From Azolla caroliniana (Eukaryota; Plantae; Polypodiophyta), in the NCBI GenBank assembly GCA_043228905.1, contig JBHGNT010000009.1, forward strand, positions 3,658,001-3,722,000: a stretch of 64,000 nucleotides of DNA. The letters are read 5' to 3'. The notes beneath the pieces are model-generated. The model was not told the origin of the DNA and did not search any database. It worked only from the letters and a program-made list of their open reading frames with translations. The stretch's first letter is position 1. Every line of letters begins with the position of its first letter. Both the position numbers and the translations under genes were made by a program. Below, piece after piece: positions 38,112 to 51,200 of the stretch.

Positions 38112-38740
38112 TACATATATGAAAGATAAAAATAAGATATTCTTGTATCTAGAAAATTGTGATTTTGAATCTTGGTTCATGTCACTACCTTTTGCCTCCA
38201 CACTAACAAACATCTTCTAATAGACTAGTATAATGCCTATATGATCATCACACCATCGCCCGTCAATTATAATGAACTGATGTGTGCACAATTGGAGTAC
38301 GTACTCAGGGTAGACTTATTTGGATAATAATGAAGAAAGTTCACAACTTTATCAAGAGCAATGCCCATTGTTATTTGCAAACTCCCAAGTATGATTGCTA
38401 GAAGAATATTGTTAAAGATTTTCCAAATGTTACACACTCCTCACGCCTTTCGAATGACATTGGTACAAACTTTAAGCTCACAACATCCAAGATAGAGGGT
38501 AACACCTCGTATTATGAAAATATAATGGATGGAGCTTGTTTGAACCCAAATGTGAATGGGATTTCTCAGTTTTGTGAGGCAGTGTCGTAAAGATTGTGGT
38601 TGTGTGTCGCAACCACCCGGGTTCTATGACTTGGGGATAATCGGTATGACAAGGTGTAATTGTGGATGGTGCGATGGCAAGAAGGCAAGATAGATGTGAC
38701 GTCGTCACGAAAGAAATTTGTTTGTAAAAAGAAAGACCAC

Positions 38741-38919
38741 TTACAATATTTGTTTACCAACAATTATTTGGCAAGACTCAAACTTAGCTCCTCTTTTCAG
38801 GATTAAGGCTTAATATGAGATATGATTTAACTTTCTTTCTCTTTATATTTACTATTTTTATCTTACAAAACTTGTTTACAATATTTGTTTACCAAAAGTT
38901 ATTTGGCAAGACTCAAACT
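38741..38919. repeat. ~135-bp tandem repeat (continues at 49838-49980); host of the LINE
   Basis: GGCAAGACTCAAACT..ATTAAGGCTT..ATGAGATATGATTTAACTTTCTTTCTC..CTTACAAAACTTG at 38770-38875 and 49838-49942. Confidence 0.8.
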
Positions 38920-41217
38920 TTTTTTTCTTTTTTTCTTTTTTTTTCCAAAAAAAAAAAATCCTTCCATTAGTTATAAAATTTTACAAATGAGATTATTATG
39001 TACAAATCCCTGTAGGGACATGATAGTTCCATCTTATGTGGATGCCCACTGACTCAAGAAAGGGAGAGGATGACCATTGTTGGATGAAGGCTATTAGTTG
39101 TCTTTCAACTCCATCAGAGCCGCCCTTGAGGCCATCATATTGGCTCTTTAGAGTGGCTACAATTTCACTCCATATCTCTTGCAGTAACATTGTGGGATGC
39201 GCGGTTTGGTTGGAGAAGACCTGTCTACACCGTTGTTTCCATAGAATCCAAAGAGTTATTGGGCTAACCAATTCCAACACAACTTGAGATTGTCATTAAG
39301 AGGAGTTGAGTGGACATTGCCGATAGTGGAGAAAAAAACCTTTTATGCTTTTATCACCAAAGTCATCCCCTTCTCTTGATGCTCGTATCTGCCAACTAGG
39401 GTTTGCCATGATAGCCAACATATATATTCCCCACTTGATTGAGCCTTGCACCTGGCATAATTGCAACAAGCGGCCAACCCCCCGCCATATTTGATGGGAC
39501 GATGGGCAATCGCACAGAGCGTGTTGTATTGATTTTACTGCATTTGGGCACTCTACACAATTAGGAGAGCTAAGGTTCCCATGTTGCCATCCTCCCACCG
39601 GTAGTGACTTATGTATTAGTAGCCATTGGAACATGGTAATTCGCCTCGCATGTTGTTGTTTCTAGATTTCCTGCCAAAACTTGGCAATAATTGGGTGAGG
39701 AACTTGATATGTGTGCCAGACCTTTGCAGCAGCCGGCTCTCGGGCAGTTTGAGCAGCTAGAATGTGGTGACCCAATCTAGTTGTGAATTGGAAGAAAGGT
39801 ATGAGTTTGCTTCCTTGCCCCGCGTAAGGATCACATCATGTCCATTGCAAAGGGTCCCAACTGACTTTACGTAGACATGTGTTTTCATGAGTACATATGT
39901 GCCAATCGGGTTGTACTTTGATCGGATCATGATCTACAATCCATTTATGACCAGTATACGCGAGTACTCAAATTGCGTTATTCTATGTTGGTGTCTCAGT
40001 GTCTCGCAATTCAAAGCCTACGATCCTATTTGGTGTTCCCCTACCTCTCAAGATCAAAGATCCCTCCTCCTCGTAGCCTATCCATTTCTGCATTGTCGTC
40101 CTTTGAGTAGCAGCTTCCCTAATCAGTAGAGCGTTGATGATTTCCGATCTCATAGTCCATCTGTCCTTGATTCCATGGAGTATGTTTGCTTGATCTTGTA
40201 GTGGCAGTGATATAAACTGTCTCCAACATTCGATACTTGTTCTTGGACCTTCTGCAATGTATCCCCATGACAACCCCTTACTTGATCCAAGTAGTTGAGT
40301 AGATTCATCCTTGATACATGGGTTCCATAGGATACATTGACTGAGCCAGGCAGGTTCGGAACTCGGTTGATCACACTTGAGCCCTCGTCTAATGTCATAC
40401 CATGCCTTCCACATGGATGCACTGAATCTATCCTCCAATTGGCAGGAGAAACTAGGTTTGAGATCCATGTTTAGAATCCATCTCGTTTGGGGGGCCCAAT
40501 TGATCCCTTTAGGTGGCCTAAAGTAAGCAAAATGTAACCGCAGTAGCATTTTGCAACCGTCATTTCCTGGTTGGAGTCCTCACACCACAAATTTGGCAAG
40601 TAAAGCTTTTCTATTGTGAGAGGGGATCAATAAGACCCAATCCCCCTCTTGACTTAGGTGCTGTGAGTATAGGCCATGCCACCTTGGCGCAAGTTACATG
40701 ATCTTCCTTACCAGACCAAATGTAGTTGCGTACCAGTCGTTGAATTTGATGTATACTTTCCTTGGAAATTGTCCAACATGATAGACTGTACCATGTTGTT
40801 GCGAGTAGTACCTGGTTTGCCATTATGATGCGACCCGCTAGCAACAGTTTTTTCGAACTCCAATGTATCAACTTTTGTTGAATGGAATGGATAATGGGTG
40901 CAATCATAGTCTCTGGCGGTATGTTGAAACCAATTTGGAAACCTAAATATTTGGTGCTCAATCCTTGAGTGATCCATTTGAAAGTGGTATGTGGGTGCCA
41001 CACTAACTTTGTTTCATGAGAAAGCCATATTGCACAGGATTTGTGCCAATTGATCATGGCATTGGATCTCTTGCAAAATACGGCTAACCCACTTTCTAGC
41101 TTTTGTAAGTTTTCCAAGTTGCATTGCAGGTAGACCATTGTGTCATCTGCAAATTCTATATCTAGGATGCTTTGATGAGAATGAGGCATGGGAAGACCAC
41201 GTATGTTGAGATGCCGT

Positions 41218-44200
41218 TATCGCGTTGTTACACGCGTGCGTGTAGAAAGGCAGAACCACTGGGGTCTTGGACTAGGGAGTGACGGAGCGTAGGAAGTCGT
41301 ACTTCACCATTTCAGGGGCATCCCAGAAGCACACCGGAAGCAACCGAAGGGAGAGAGAGAAGGAGAGGGAACGCGCGCTTGACACCGACTCACGCACACA
41401 CACACACAGGCCGACCCGACTCACGCCCTTATGTACAGGAAACACAGGAAAGGGGAAGCACCCGACACCAATAGAGACACGAATATACACAGATAGACGC
41501 AAATGTAAGTATTACAAAGGGAAAGAATACAACCCCGGCTTCGAGCCAGACCAAGCTAGGGTAGGTTACAACAGCAGTCTGCAACCAAGCCGCCATTCGG
41601 GGGAGCTCTCGGGCTCGTCACGCGGAGCGAGGTCTTGCACAAGAGACCAAGCAGCAACAACCCTCAACAGTCCACCCACACCGCGAAGAAGAGGAAGAAG
41701 AAGTAGAAGAACTAACCCTAAATCTAACGGTATACCCTCTAACACAAAAATGGGCAACCCCTCTACAAGGGACCATCCCGTCCTTTTATAGAACAAGGAG
41801 AGGAATGTGTTACAATGTGGAATAAATCCCGATTTACATGGGATTCTTCGTCCCGACTTGACTCCTATTATTCACACAATTACATGAGGGCGAGTGCACA
41901 TGGTGCACCCCTCCGAGGTAGCCAATATTTCTCGGTTTCCGCCTCTGGACGAAATTCTTCACGACATCCGCCCCCACCTAACCGCACGTCCACCGGTACG
42001 TGCCAAATCCGGTGGAGGGTGAGAGATTTCGGCCGGTGAGAAACTGGTCTTCCGTAATCCGCATCCTGGCTCGCTGCCGGTTTGAACCATCGGCTTCGGT
42101 TCTGCCTTCACGCTTACCTCTCCGTAGGCTCATTCGACCCGTCGATGGGTCCTTCGCCGCGATCTCCGTAGTACGCGTACTTCCGCTGGCCCTTGTTCGG
42201 CCATATGCACGCTCCGTTTTCCGTCGTATGCCCGATGTCCTCCATCGATCATTTGTGTTGTCCTGATTGTCGTCCCATGTTGTTTCGCGTTGCCTTCGTC
42301 CTCTCGCTGCCACCTTCCTTCTCCATGGTCTTACATCGCCGCGTCGGCTCGAACCGCCATGGTCTCCGGAACAGTGTGGAGGATCCTTTTCTGGCCTTCT
42401 ACGCGCTACCTCCGAACCGCGCAACCCATCTCCGCGCTCGCCTTTCCGCTCCGGCACCTCCGTGTGCCACATACCCTCGTCCGTTGTTTGGCACTGCCTG
42501 TGCCGTACTCCGGTTCATTGCACGCTTTGTTGGCCCCTTTCCCGGCCAGATCGTGCATCGCCGCTCACCCGCATACTGGTGTCCTCCGCATCCGAGGAAC
42601 ACCCCGTAGTAGCCCGCTTGGCCCCTTTCCCGGCCAGATCGTGCATCACCGCTCACCCGCATACTGGTGTCCTCCACATCCGAGGAACACCCCGTAGTAG
42701 CCCGCTTGGCCCTTCCCGTCTTCGTGCTGCTGCAACAGGTCCCGAGTCTTCCGCTTGCCATCGTCCCCTCGCCCCCACCAGCTTGTCACCCCGAGCTTGC
42801 CGTGTCAGTCTTCACTACTTCGACGGAGCTACCGAGATCTACGAAGCGAGTGTGGAGGATCGTCCTCCGGCCTCTCTTGCCATCCCCTGGCTCCGACCTT
42901 GTGCAGTCCACTAGGCACTTGTCACCTCGTTCCCGGCACCTCCCTTGTGCCGTCTTCCGCTTCCTTTGTTTGGCACCGCCCGTGCCGAACACTGTCCCGT
43001 AGTCACGCTTTGATCCGGCCCGCGATGGCCACTTGCGAGATTCTTATTCCGTCCCAGGTGTGCCTTTTTGGCCCGACACACCTCCTCGTGTTTGCCCCTA
43101 CCGGCTACTTCCGAAACCGTAACCGGCCGGTGAGGGTTTCGCACTTCGTCCGCCCCGTCTTACCGACTCCCGATCCGCTTCCCCGTGTCGTTGGGTCCCG
43201 TTCCCTGCTGCCACCGTCCTTCTCCCTAGGTCTCACGTTGCCACGTTGGCCGAACTGTCGGATGTCCGGATCAGTGTGAGGGTCCCATAGGGCCGGTCTT
43301 CGTTTCGTTGCTTGCCGAGATCTGGGTGTCTTTTGTTTGAGTCCCTCCCGGACTCTCCTTGTGTCTTCCGCGTAGTCGGGTCCCGTTTCCCGCCGCCACC
43401 AACCTTCTCTCTCAGTCTCATGTTGCCACGTTGGCCAAACTGCCGGAGTCTCTGGTTAGGTGTGGGGATCCCGTAGGACCGGACTTCCTTACACCCACTC
43501 ACCTCGCTGGAAGGTTTGAGATGGTCCGTAGCCACCTTGTCGGCCTCATACCTCCTTGTCGTTCGTCGCCTCCTGTCGTCCGATCACGTTCTCCTGCTGC
43601 CACCGATCTCCCCTATAGGACTCACGCCGGCACTCGGGCCGACCGCCGGATCGGTGTGAGTGTCTTCGTGGGACCTCCCCTTCTAGCTTCGGTTGCCCGC
43701 CTTGCCGCCGCCACCGTCCCTTACTCTAGGTCTCATGCCTCCTCTTGTCGTTGGCTGCCGGAGTCTCTAAAACCGGTGTGCGTAAGGTCGCAGCTGCACC
43801 GCTCTGCCTTCGACATCCTCTTCTGTTGGTCACGTTCACCTGCCACCACCGTCCTTTCCTATAGGACTCATGCCGGCTCTCGGGCCGACTGCCGGTGTCT
43901 GTAGAACCGGTGTGAAGGATCCTCCTCAGGCTTGCCGTATCTCTTATCCTTATCCCGGGTCTTCCTTCTTTTGTAAGTCGAGAGGGTGGCTCGCTCCACA
44001 CCCTCTCCCGTGGTACCGACGTACCGTGTTCCCGGCCTCTTCGTAGGCCTGCTCTCTCCCTCCCTCCCGGAATGGTTTTCCGGAAGTCCGTTCCGCCCGG
44101 TTCTCGTTTGGGTCCATCCATCATTCTCTGGATTGTTGGGTCCCATTCTCCTGTCGCCACCGATCTCTCCTATAGGACTCACGCCGACACTCGGGCCGAC

Positions 44201-45994
44201 AGCTGGATTGGTGTAAGGATCTCCGTAGGACCGGCCTTCATTCTCCTCTTCATCCCTTGTACTTCTCCCTAACTCATCGTGGCTCTCCTTCTCGCGTACC
44301 CGCCTCCATCTCCCATCTCTCTAGGTCTCACGTTGGCGCTCGTTACCGGTTGCCTGAGTCTCCGGATAAGATGTGGTGCTTCCGTCCCATAACGATTTGC
44401 GGACGCTCGTTCGGGGTACTGCTCCCAAGTACGTTCGGTGAGAAGAATCTGGTATGTGATCAACCAAGCCCCGCCTGGGCTTGGTTCTCCAATATCCGTA
44501 GTTTCGGTTCTGATGCCGACCTCTCCAGACTCGTTCTGAACCCTTGACCACTTCCCTTCCAATTCCCGACCTTCGTCCGGTCGGTCTTTCTCCCCATGTA
44601 AAAGAGGGCGGCTCGTCCCGCACCCTCTTCCGTATCGGCACTTTCATGCCGAATCCGGCCCCGATCGAACGATCCACGACCGGATTCTGCTCCATCCGAA
44701 TCGGAATGACGATCTTCTCGTGCTGCTTCCGTCCTCGGCCTCCTCGCAGGCCGTTTCCCATCCCTCTTCGTTGGCATCATGCCAGGACTCCTCGTCAGCG
44801 CCTTCCTTCTCTCCGGTCTCATGTCGGCACACGGGCATGACCGCCGGAATCTCCGGAATCCGCGTGGAGGGCTCTTCTCCGCTCTCGACCCAGTCCTCGG
44901 TCGACAATTCTCCGCAAGTCGAGAGGGCGTTTTGTTCCGCACCCTCTCCCATGGTACCGACGTACCGAGCTTCCGCCATCTCGTGGGGCAAGACCGTCTC
45001 CCCGGTCTCAGCTTGAGGCCTCGATCTTTCCTCTTCCTCGAGCATCGCTTCGAAAGTTGCGTACGCCTCTGCAATCCTGGCCTCAACGCCGACCCTTGCC
45101 AACTCCCTTTGTCGTTCGGCCTCTTCCCACTGTGATGGCACGCCGTCGCGCCCCTTCCTCTTAGCCTTCTCGGCTCGCTCGTTGTCTAGCCGTTGGCACA
45201 CCCTTCCGACCTTTGACCAGTCCTCCATAAGCCCATTCGCTCCATCATCGTCTTCGAGCTCAATCCCGATGGCTTCCCGTTCCGTTCGGTCGATTGACCT
45301 GACGAACAATAGGACTTTGTCCGCCCCCACCAAACCTTGTTCCCGCTCCGGGAGCCGAGCAAGCCGTCGCTCGAACTTTCGGAACGCCTTGGTCGCGCCC
45401 CGGTGGGTCTTTACCGATGCTACCCACTGGTCGAAGTCGTGTCGTCCCCAGCTCTTCCGCCGTCTTTCGTATGTCTTCAGGAGCGCCTCTTCGAAGGCCT
45501 CCCACGAACTATGAGCCTCACGGAGCTTCTTTACTTCCGCATGCATTCGGACAGCTACGACCTGACAGAAGAACTCCAGCCTCAACACCTCGTCTACGCC
45601 ACGTTCCTCCATATCCGCATTGTAGGCTCCCAAGTAAGATGGGACTTTGTCCCCGTTAAAACGGCCGACTCTTTCGACCACTCGCTCAACCGCTTGTTGC
45701 GCTGCTTCTCGCCTCATCACCACTCGTGCCGACTCCAACACCACTTCGGCCACCATCACCGCGAGGTCGTCGTCTTCCGACTCCATCCTCCCTTGCCGCC
45801 TTTCACGTCGGGTTCACCAAATATGTCGCGTTGTTACGCGCGTGCGTGGAGAAAGGCGGGACCACTGGGGTCTTGGACTAGGGAGTGACGGAGCGTAGGA
45901 AGTCGTACTTCACCGTTTCCGGGGCATCCCAAAAGCACAGCGGAAGCAACCGAAGGGAGAGAGAGAAAGAGAGGGAGTGCGCTCTTGACACCGA

Positions 45995-46031
<37 letters not shown>

Positions 46032-46588
46032 GCTGACCCGACTCACGCCCTTATGTACAGGAAACACAGGAAAGGGGAAGCACCCGACACCAACAGAGAC
46101 ACGAATATACACAGACAGACACAAATGTAAGTATTACAAAGGGAAAGAATACAACCCCGGCTTTGAGCCGGACCAAGCTAGGGTAGGTTACAACAATAGT
46201 CTGCAACCAAGCCGCCGTTCGGGGGAGCTATCGGGCTCGTCACGCGGAGCGGGGTCTTGCACAGGAGACCGAGCAGCAACAGCCCTCAACAGTCCACCTA
46301 CACCGCGAAGAAGAGGAAGAAGAAGTAGAAGAACTAACCCTAAATCTAACGGTATACCCTCTAACACAAAAATGGGCAACCCCTCTACAAGGGACCATCC
46401 CTTCCTTTTATAGAACAAGGAGAGGGATGCATTACAATGTGGAATAAATCCTGATTTACATGGGATTCTTCGTCCCGACTTGACTCCTATTATTCACACA
46501 ATTACATGAGGGCGAGTGCACATGGTGCACCCCGCCGAGGTAGCCAATATTTCTCGGTTTCCGCCTCTGGACGAAATTCTTCACGACA
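41218..46588 (-). mobile_element. Element D: non-autonomous gag-only LTR retrotransposon with tRNA-Trp PBS
   Basis: LTRs 41218-41966 and 45824-46588; TSD CCGT/CCGC. PBS 45802-45819; PPT identical to element C. No PR, RT, RH or IN motifs in the internal region. Confidence 0.9.
44644..45786 (-). CDS. gag: Gag capsid-like protein with acidic extension (380 aa), no zinc knuckle
   Basis: Aligns with element C Gag (VGRFNG/IGRFSG, WEAFE/WEEFE, VLLFV, GLMEDW/GLTDDW); starts just after the PBS. Confidence 0.8.
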   Translation of the reverse strand: MESEDDDLAVMVAEVVLESARVVMRREAAQQAVERVVERVGRFNGDKVPSYLGAYNADMEERGVDEVLRLEFFCQVVAVRMHAEVKKLREAHSSWEAFEEALLKTYERRRKSWGRHDFDQWVASVKTHRGATKAFRKFERRLARLPEREQGLVGADKVLLFVRSIDRTEREAIGIELEDDDGANGLMEDWSKVGRVCQRLDNERAEKAKRKGRDGVPSQWEEAERQRELARVGVEARIAEAYATFEAMLEEEERSRPQAETGETVLPHEMAEARYVGTMGEGAEQNALSTCGELSTEDWVESGEEPSTRIPEIPAVMPVCRHETGEKEGADEESWHDANEEGWETACEEAEDGSSTRRSSFRFGWSRIRSWIVRSGPDSA

Positions 46589-49500
46589 CCGCGAGTTGAG
46601 AAAGCAAGAGAGTGCTTCGGCATATAATAGAAATAAGGATGGAGCTAGTGGGCATCCCTGTCATACACATCGAGATATTCGGAAAAAACGGCCCCTTTCA
46701 CCTACCAATGAAATGCAACTACTGTCATTCCTATAAAGTCTTGCAATGCCTTTGATCCATGTCTCTTGAAAGCCGATTTTCCCCATCACATTTTCTAGAA
46801 AGTTCCAGCATACCCTGTCATATGCTTTCTCAAAATCTAGTAGTACCATCGCTACCTTGTTGTTGGTACGCTTGGCAAGGGATATTGCTTCCCAGAATGA
46901 GAAGAGGTTGTCTAGGATGCTCCAATTTCTAACGAAACCTATCTGGGATGGATGAATGAGTTGAGGGAGAAGAGGTGTTAAACGACATGCCACGATTTTT
47001 GTGAGCAACTTATAGATAGTATTGAGAAGAGTTATGGGCCGCCAATTGCTAATGTCGTTTGCACTCCCACCACTTTTAGGAATGAGATGTATCATCCCTT
47101 GTCCAAATTCCTCTTGCATGTTTCCAGAGGTGATGATCTCATATGCCTGAAGGAGGTCTTCTTTAATGGTGTCCCAAAGGCATGTGAAAAGTGAGGGGTG
47201 AGGCCGTCGATTCCGGGACTCCCATATCTCGATGATTGATAGGGGACGCACGAGCCATGTATTCATTTTCGTCATGACTTTCTCGGGTATGCTTTGGAGG
47301 ATAATATCATCTCTTATGTCTTCCCCTGTGGCCATAGTATCTTCGGTAACTAGGTGCTTATAGTAACTTGTGGCAATATTCCTCATTTCGTCGCCATCCT
47401 AAATTGTCGTTCCATCCTCTCGGTTGAGGTTGCGCATCATTGTTCTAGCGTGCCTCGGTCCTTTGGAGTGGAATAATTCATGTCCCCTACTCGAATCCAT
47501 CGCGCCATGCTTCCATGAAACTCCATTCATATATTTCCTTTTCCACCATGCTGAGTTCATGTTTGGCCATGGTAACTTGTCCTGCGAACTACATGACGAG
47601 TATCTTTGTTGTAGTCGTTGTAAGGCTATTAGTCCCCGTTTTGTCCTCTGTTGCTTTTCCTGAGCATCCTTGCTTCTGGTCTTGACAATCTCATGTAGGA
47701 GAGTTGAAGCTCTTGTTAATTTAGCTAGAAGTTTGTCAGATGTTGATGAGTCATTGACGGGTAATGACCATTGGTTGGAGAGTTGTTCCTTCACTTCTAT
47801 AACTATGTAAATAGTGTGCGAATTGCGAGGCTGGAATGGGCCCCATTTTTTGTGCAATTGAAAATGATCGACTATCGGGTAATGTTTAGAGAAAGTTGTG
47901 CCTGGAGTTATGCAACACCACCCTCCCTTCGCTTCTCGAGCCTCGACCACATAAATGCGGTCAATCCGAGATAGGGTGGGTCCACTATTCTGCCCGTTTG
48001 ATCGGGAGAATAAGAGAGACTCCCTTTTTCGTTGGAAATTGTCAGAATGCCAGATGTCTCGCAGGTTAAGGTGTACACATAACTTCTCCCATTGTTTACG
48101 TTCCCTTCCTTGTAGAACTATGGGGTTGTTGTTGGAGCTATCGTGAATGGATTCGATCATATTAAAATCCCCTCCAATGCACCACTCTTCCGCACCCGCT
48201 ACTTGTAGGCGGATGCGTTCCCAGAATGTTGCCCTTTCTATTCTGCTATTTGGAGCATAAACATTGATGAAATTCCAGTGTTGCCCTTGGATGGCCAACG
48301 TGCAAAAATGTGCCCTACCAGGTATAAGTGATTTTTGGTGTACTAAGCCTTGGGCTAGATGTTCCCGAATCAAAGTGCAAATACCACCATGATTTCCATC
48401 CTCCCCTATTGCTAGCTCCCAAATTGTTCGCCATGATCATAGTAGAAGGTCTTCGACTTCCTTTGATTGCGTGCTATCGAGGTGGTGTTCCTGCAACATG
48501 ATGATGTCAACAACACTCCCTAATAAATATTCCTCAAGATCCCTTCTCAGTTTCCATCTGTTTTGTTGGTCTAGTCGACTTTTGTGCCCTTGCACGTTCC
48601 ATGTTACAATCTTCATACTCATGGAATGGGGTGGGAGATTGATAGTTGTTCCTGGTGCTTTGCACAACAGGTCATGAGTGGGGAGCACTCACCATTTAGA
48701 CATCCAATCATTTCCAGGGATGGAATGTTGGTCCAAATCCAAGAGTGAAGGTTGTGGCCTATCCGGTGAGCTTCAGTAGTCCCTTCCTGCTTCTCATAGA
48801 AATTATAGAAGAAGCATTGAGTTAGTTGGGTGTCTATGATAGTCCGCAGGTGGATGTGGCAGAGATGAGGTTCCTCTTCATCCATGGTGCACCAGAATTC
48901 TGTGTTATTCCAATGCTTCTTTGTTACAAAACAGGCATAGGGTATCTTTGATCTTGGACTTGGACCAATCCTCTTGTGCTGGAAGCAAGAATGGAAAAGA
49001 AATTGAGGTCGTCGGTACTCCATTCTTGTGTATGGCTGATACATGTACCTTTATTTGGTCCATTGTCGTATGCCCTATACCTAGCCATTTCAGGGCATTT
49101 TGCGGGTGTGGTTCAAGGTCCTGGCTAGATGTATCACACTCATTTATGTCTGGGAAGGCTATGAACTGAGGCGTGATATTCAAACTACTGCCTTGGTTTG
49201 TTGTTTCTCCATTGGGTGTAGTTCCGTTAAAACTCCGCATTAGGGTCTTAACATGACTTATCCTTTGCCGCTTCCCTGTTTTGTAAGCTTTAACAAGGAT
49301 TTTCTCTTGTGTGTTTGGAGTCACCTTGGGCCTTTCCTTGGGGCTTAAGAAAGAGCTAAGGGAGTGTTCATCTATGGGGGGGGGAGCTCTTGTAGTAGAT
49401 CAAAACTATTGGGGCTCACTGGCGATAAGGGATTTTGTGACTGTGGAGTTTTATGTAGGACATGGGATTTCCCCACCACTCGCCATTCCATCACAGCCTT

Positions 49501-50949
49501 ATCGAGGCGTGTTGGGCGAGGCTTTTTATTTCCTATGGTGTCCCGACCTTCCAAGGTCTCCTTGGTAGGATCCTTACTGCGTCTCATGGGGCGGTTCTTT
49601 TTTAAATGACCAAGCTTTTTGCATGCAAAACATTGTCCCAGTGTGCCGATCACTTCTATGCCTTGTTCAATCTGTATTCCATTTTCCCCCAAAATGAGGA
49701 TCTTGGAAGGAAGTTTGTTGATGTCATGCACCAAGAGACGGATAGAGGGAGGGCCTTGGTGTTTCTTTAGCCTGTCCGCTAGCGTTAGTTCCTCGTCGAA
49801 CATCATACCAAAGGAGTTTCCAATAGTAGGAAGTAACGGCAAGACTCAAACTGAGCTCCTCCTCTTTTTAGAATTAAGGCTTATGAGATATGATTTAACT
49901 TTCTTTCTCTTTATATTTACTATTTTTATCTTACAAAACTTGCTTACAAAAAATAAATTGTTTTGGTAGACTTAAACTCACAACCTTTATTTGAGAAGAG
50001 TGTTTAAGCACCTCAACTTCTTCTTTTTGCTTTCCTTTTCTTTTCTCTAGGTTTTGTCCTATATTATGTAGGCCACCATCTTCTTGTGTGTCCTTTGCTT
50101 CCTGCACCTTCTTTACCCTTGCGAGCTTATTCACACTCTCTTCTTCTCCTCTCCCCCTTCGGCCACCACAAGACTGGCTTTTATAGGGGGATCAACCGCC
50201 CTGCCACCCTCCTTGAGTACCGCCTCATGCATGGGCGGTTGCGTTGTGTGAATTTTTTAAATATTTTTTTATAAATCCAAAAATACAAAATACAAAATGG
50301 TCCTTATTTGATTTCGAAACTCCCCCTTTCGATATAATTATATTTTTGTCCATAGTAACCTTGAAACTAGCATTGATTCTTTTAGACACGGTATCTTGGG
50401 TTTCCGAACTCCGATGCACGAACTGTAAAATCGTAAACGTTCCTTGTCGCAAGCTCTAGATGGAAAATGTATTTCCCAAGATTTTGAACATTATTTGATA
50501 TCGTGAAACCTCAATTTCACGACTGTGGAGCGTTGGGACACAGATAATGAGAGTAGTCGACTTGCACACTTTGCACTAAACAAGTTTGGGCTTGTCTAAG
50601 TTTCACACTTTAATACAATGTTATATATACCTTTGATCACATCCGAGTACGTTTTCCGCACATATTCACGTAAACCCAAACCTTACATAAATTTCTCTCA
50701 CATTCACAATGTGCACTCTCAAGTGTGGCATTCATAAGTAAAGTTTTTGAACGTCGAGGGCCATTACTCACTTTCACGCATACTATGTGAAAAGGTTATA
50801 TTTTTTGTCTAATAGGTCATATTTGATTTTCGTAGGCAAGAATAGAATCTATTTGTCTATTTCTTGGCTTGTTGGTTTACACTATAAGACCAAAGTCATA
50901 ATCTTGAGAGAACCCGAGCTCAATCATTTTCACGGGCTACATCGCCACC

Positions 50950-51200
50950 AATGTCAACAATGCTCCTCTCAAAATGTGCAAAACAAATTCATTTTAGACG
51001 TGATACTTTGTCTTTGCAAAGCAGATCCTAGAAATAATCCACCCATGATGACCCTCCAAATGAATGCCTTAGTTTTGAAAAGAACACAGGTATATTGCCA
51101 CGTCATTTGTATGAAACTTTGAAATTCCCGCAACCTACTAGATCTTGTGATTTCCTCTACCATCCATGTATACCTATCAATTAGTTTATAATATACATAA
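50950..51200 (-). pseudogene. LINE C-terminal fragment
   Basis: KAFIWRVIMGGLFLGSAL..FCTF resembles KVFIWRVLIGGLPLGLAL..FCTV at 3939-4295. Confidence 0.65.

Larger units (their letters stand above)
38920..49837 (-). mobile_element. L1-like LINE, 5'-truncated within ORF1, interrupted by element D
   Basis: 15-bp TSD GGCAAGACTCAAACT (38905-38919, 49838-49852); poly(A) at 38920-38944. ORF1 knuckle CFACKKLGH; APE (TWNVQG, INVYAP, GGDFN, SRIDR); RT (WRPITLLN, DFEKAYDR, FADD); zf-RVT. Confidence 0.93.

Noticed and set aside
41978-44562. Extra genes (for example env-like) in the internal region of element D
   Set aside because: Overlapping ORFs in all frames reflect GC-rich repeats; no transmembrane or enzyme motifs recognised.
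49931-50134. LINE ORF1 N-terminus
   Set aside because: Lies outside the 15-bp TSD at 49838-49852, so it is flanking sequence.
50351-50787. Fourth hAT MITE (CATAGTA..TACTATG)
   Set aside because: Only a 7-bp inverted match and no 8-bp TSD.
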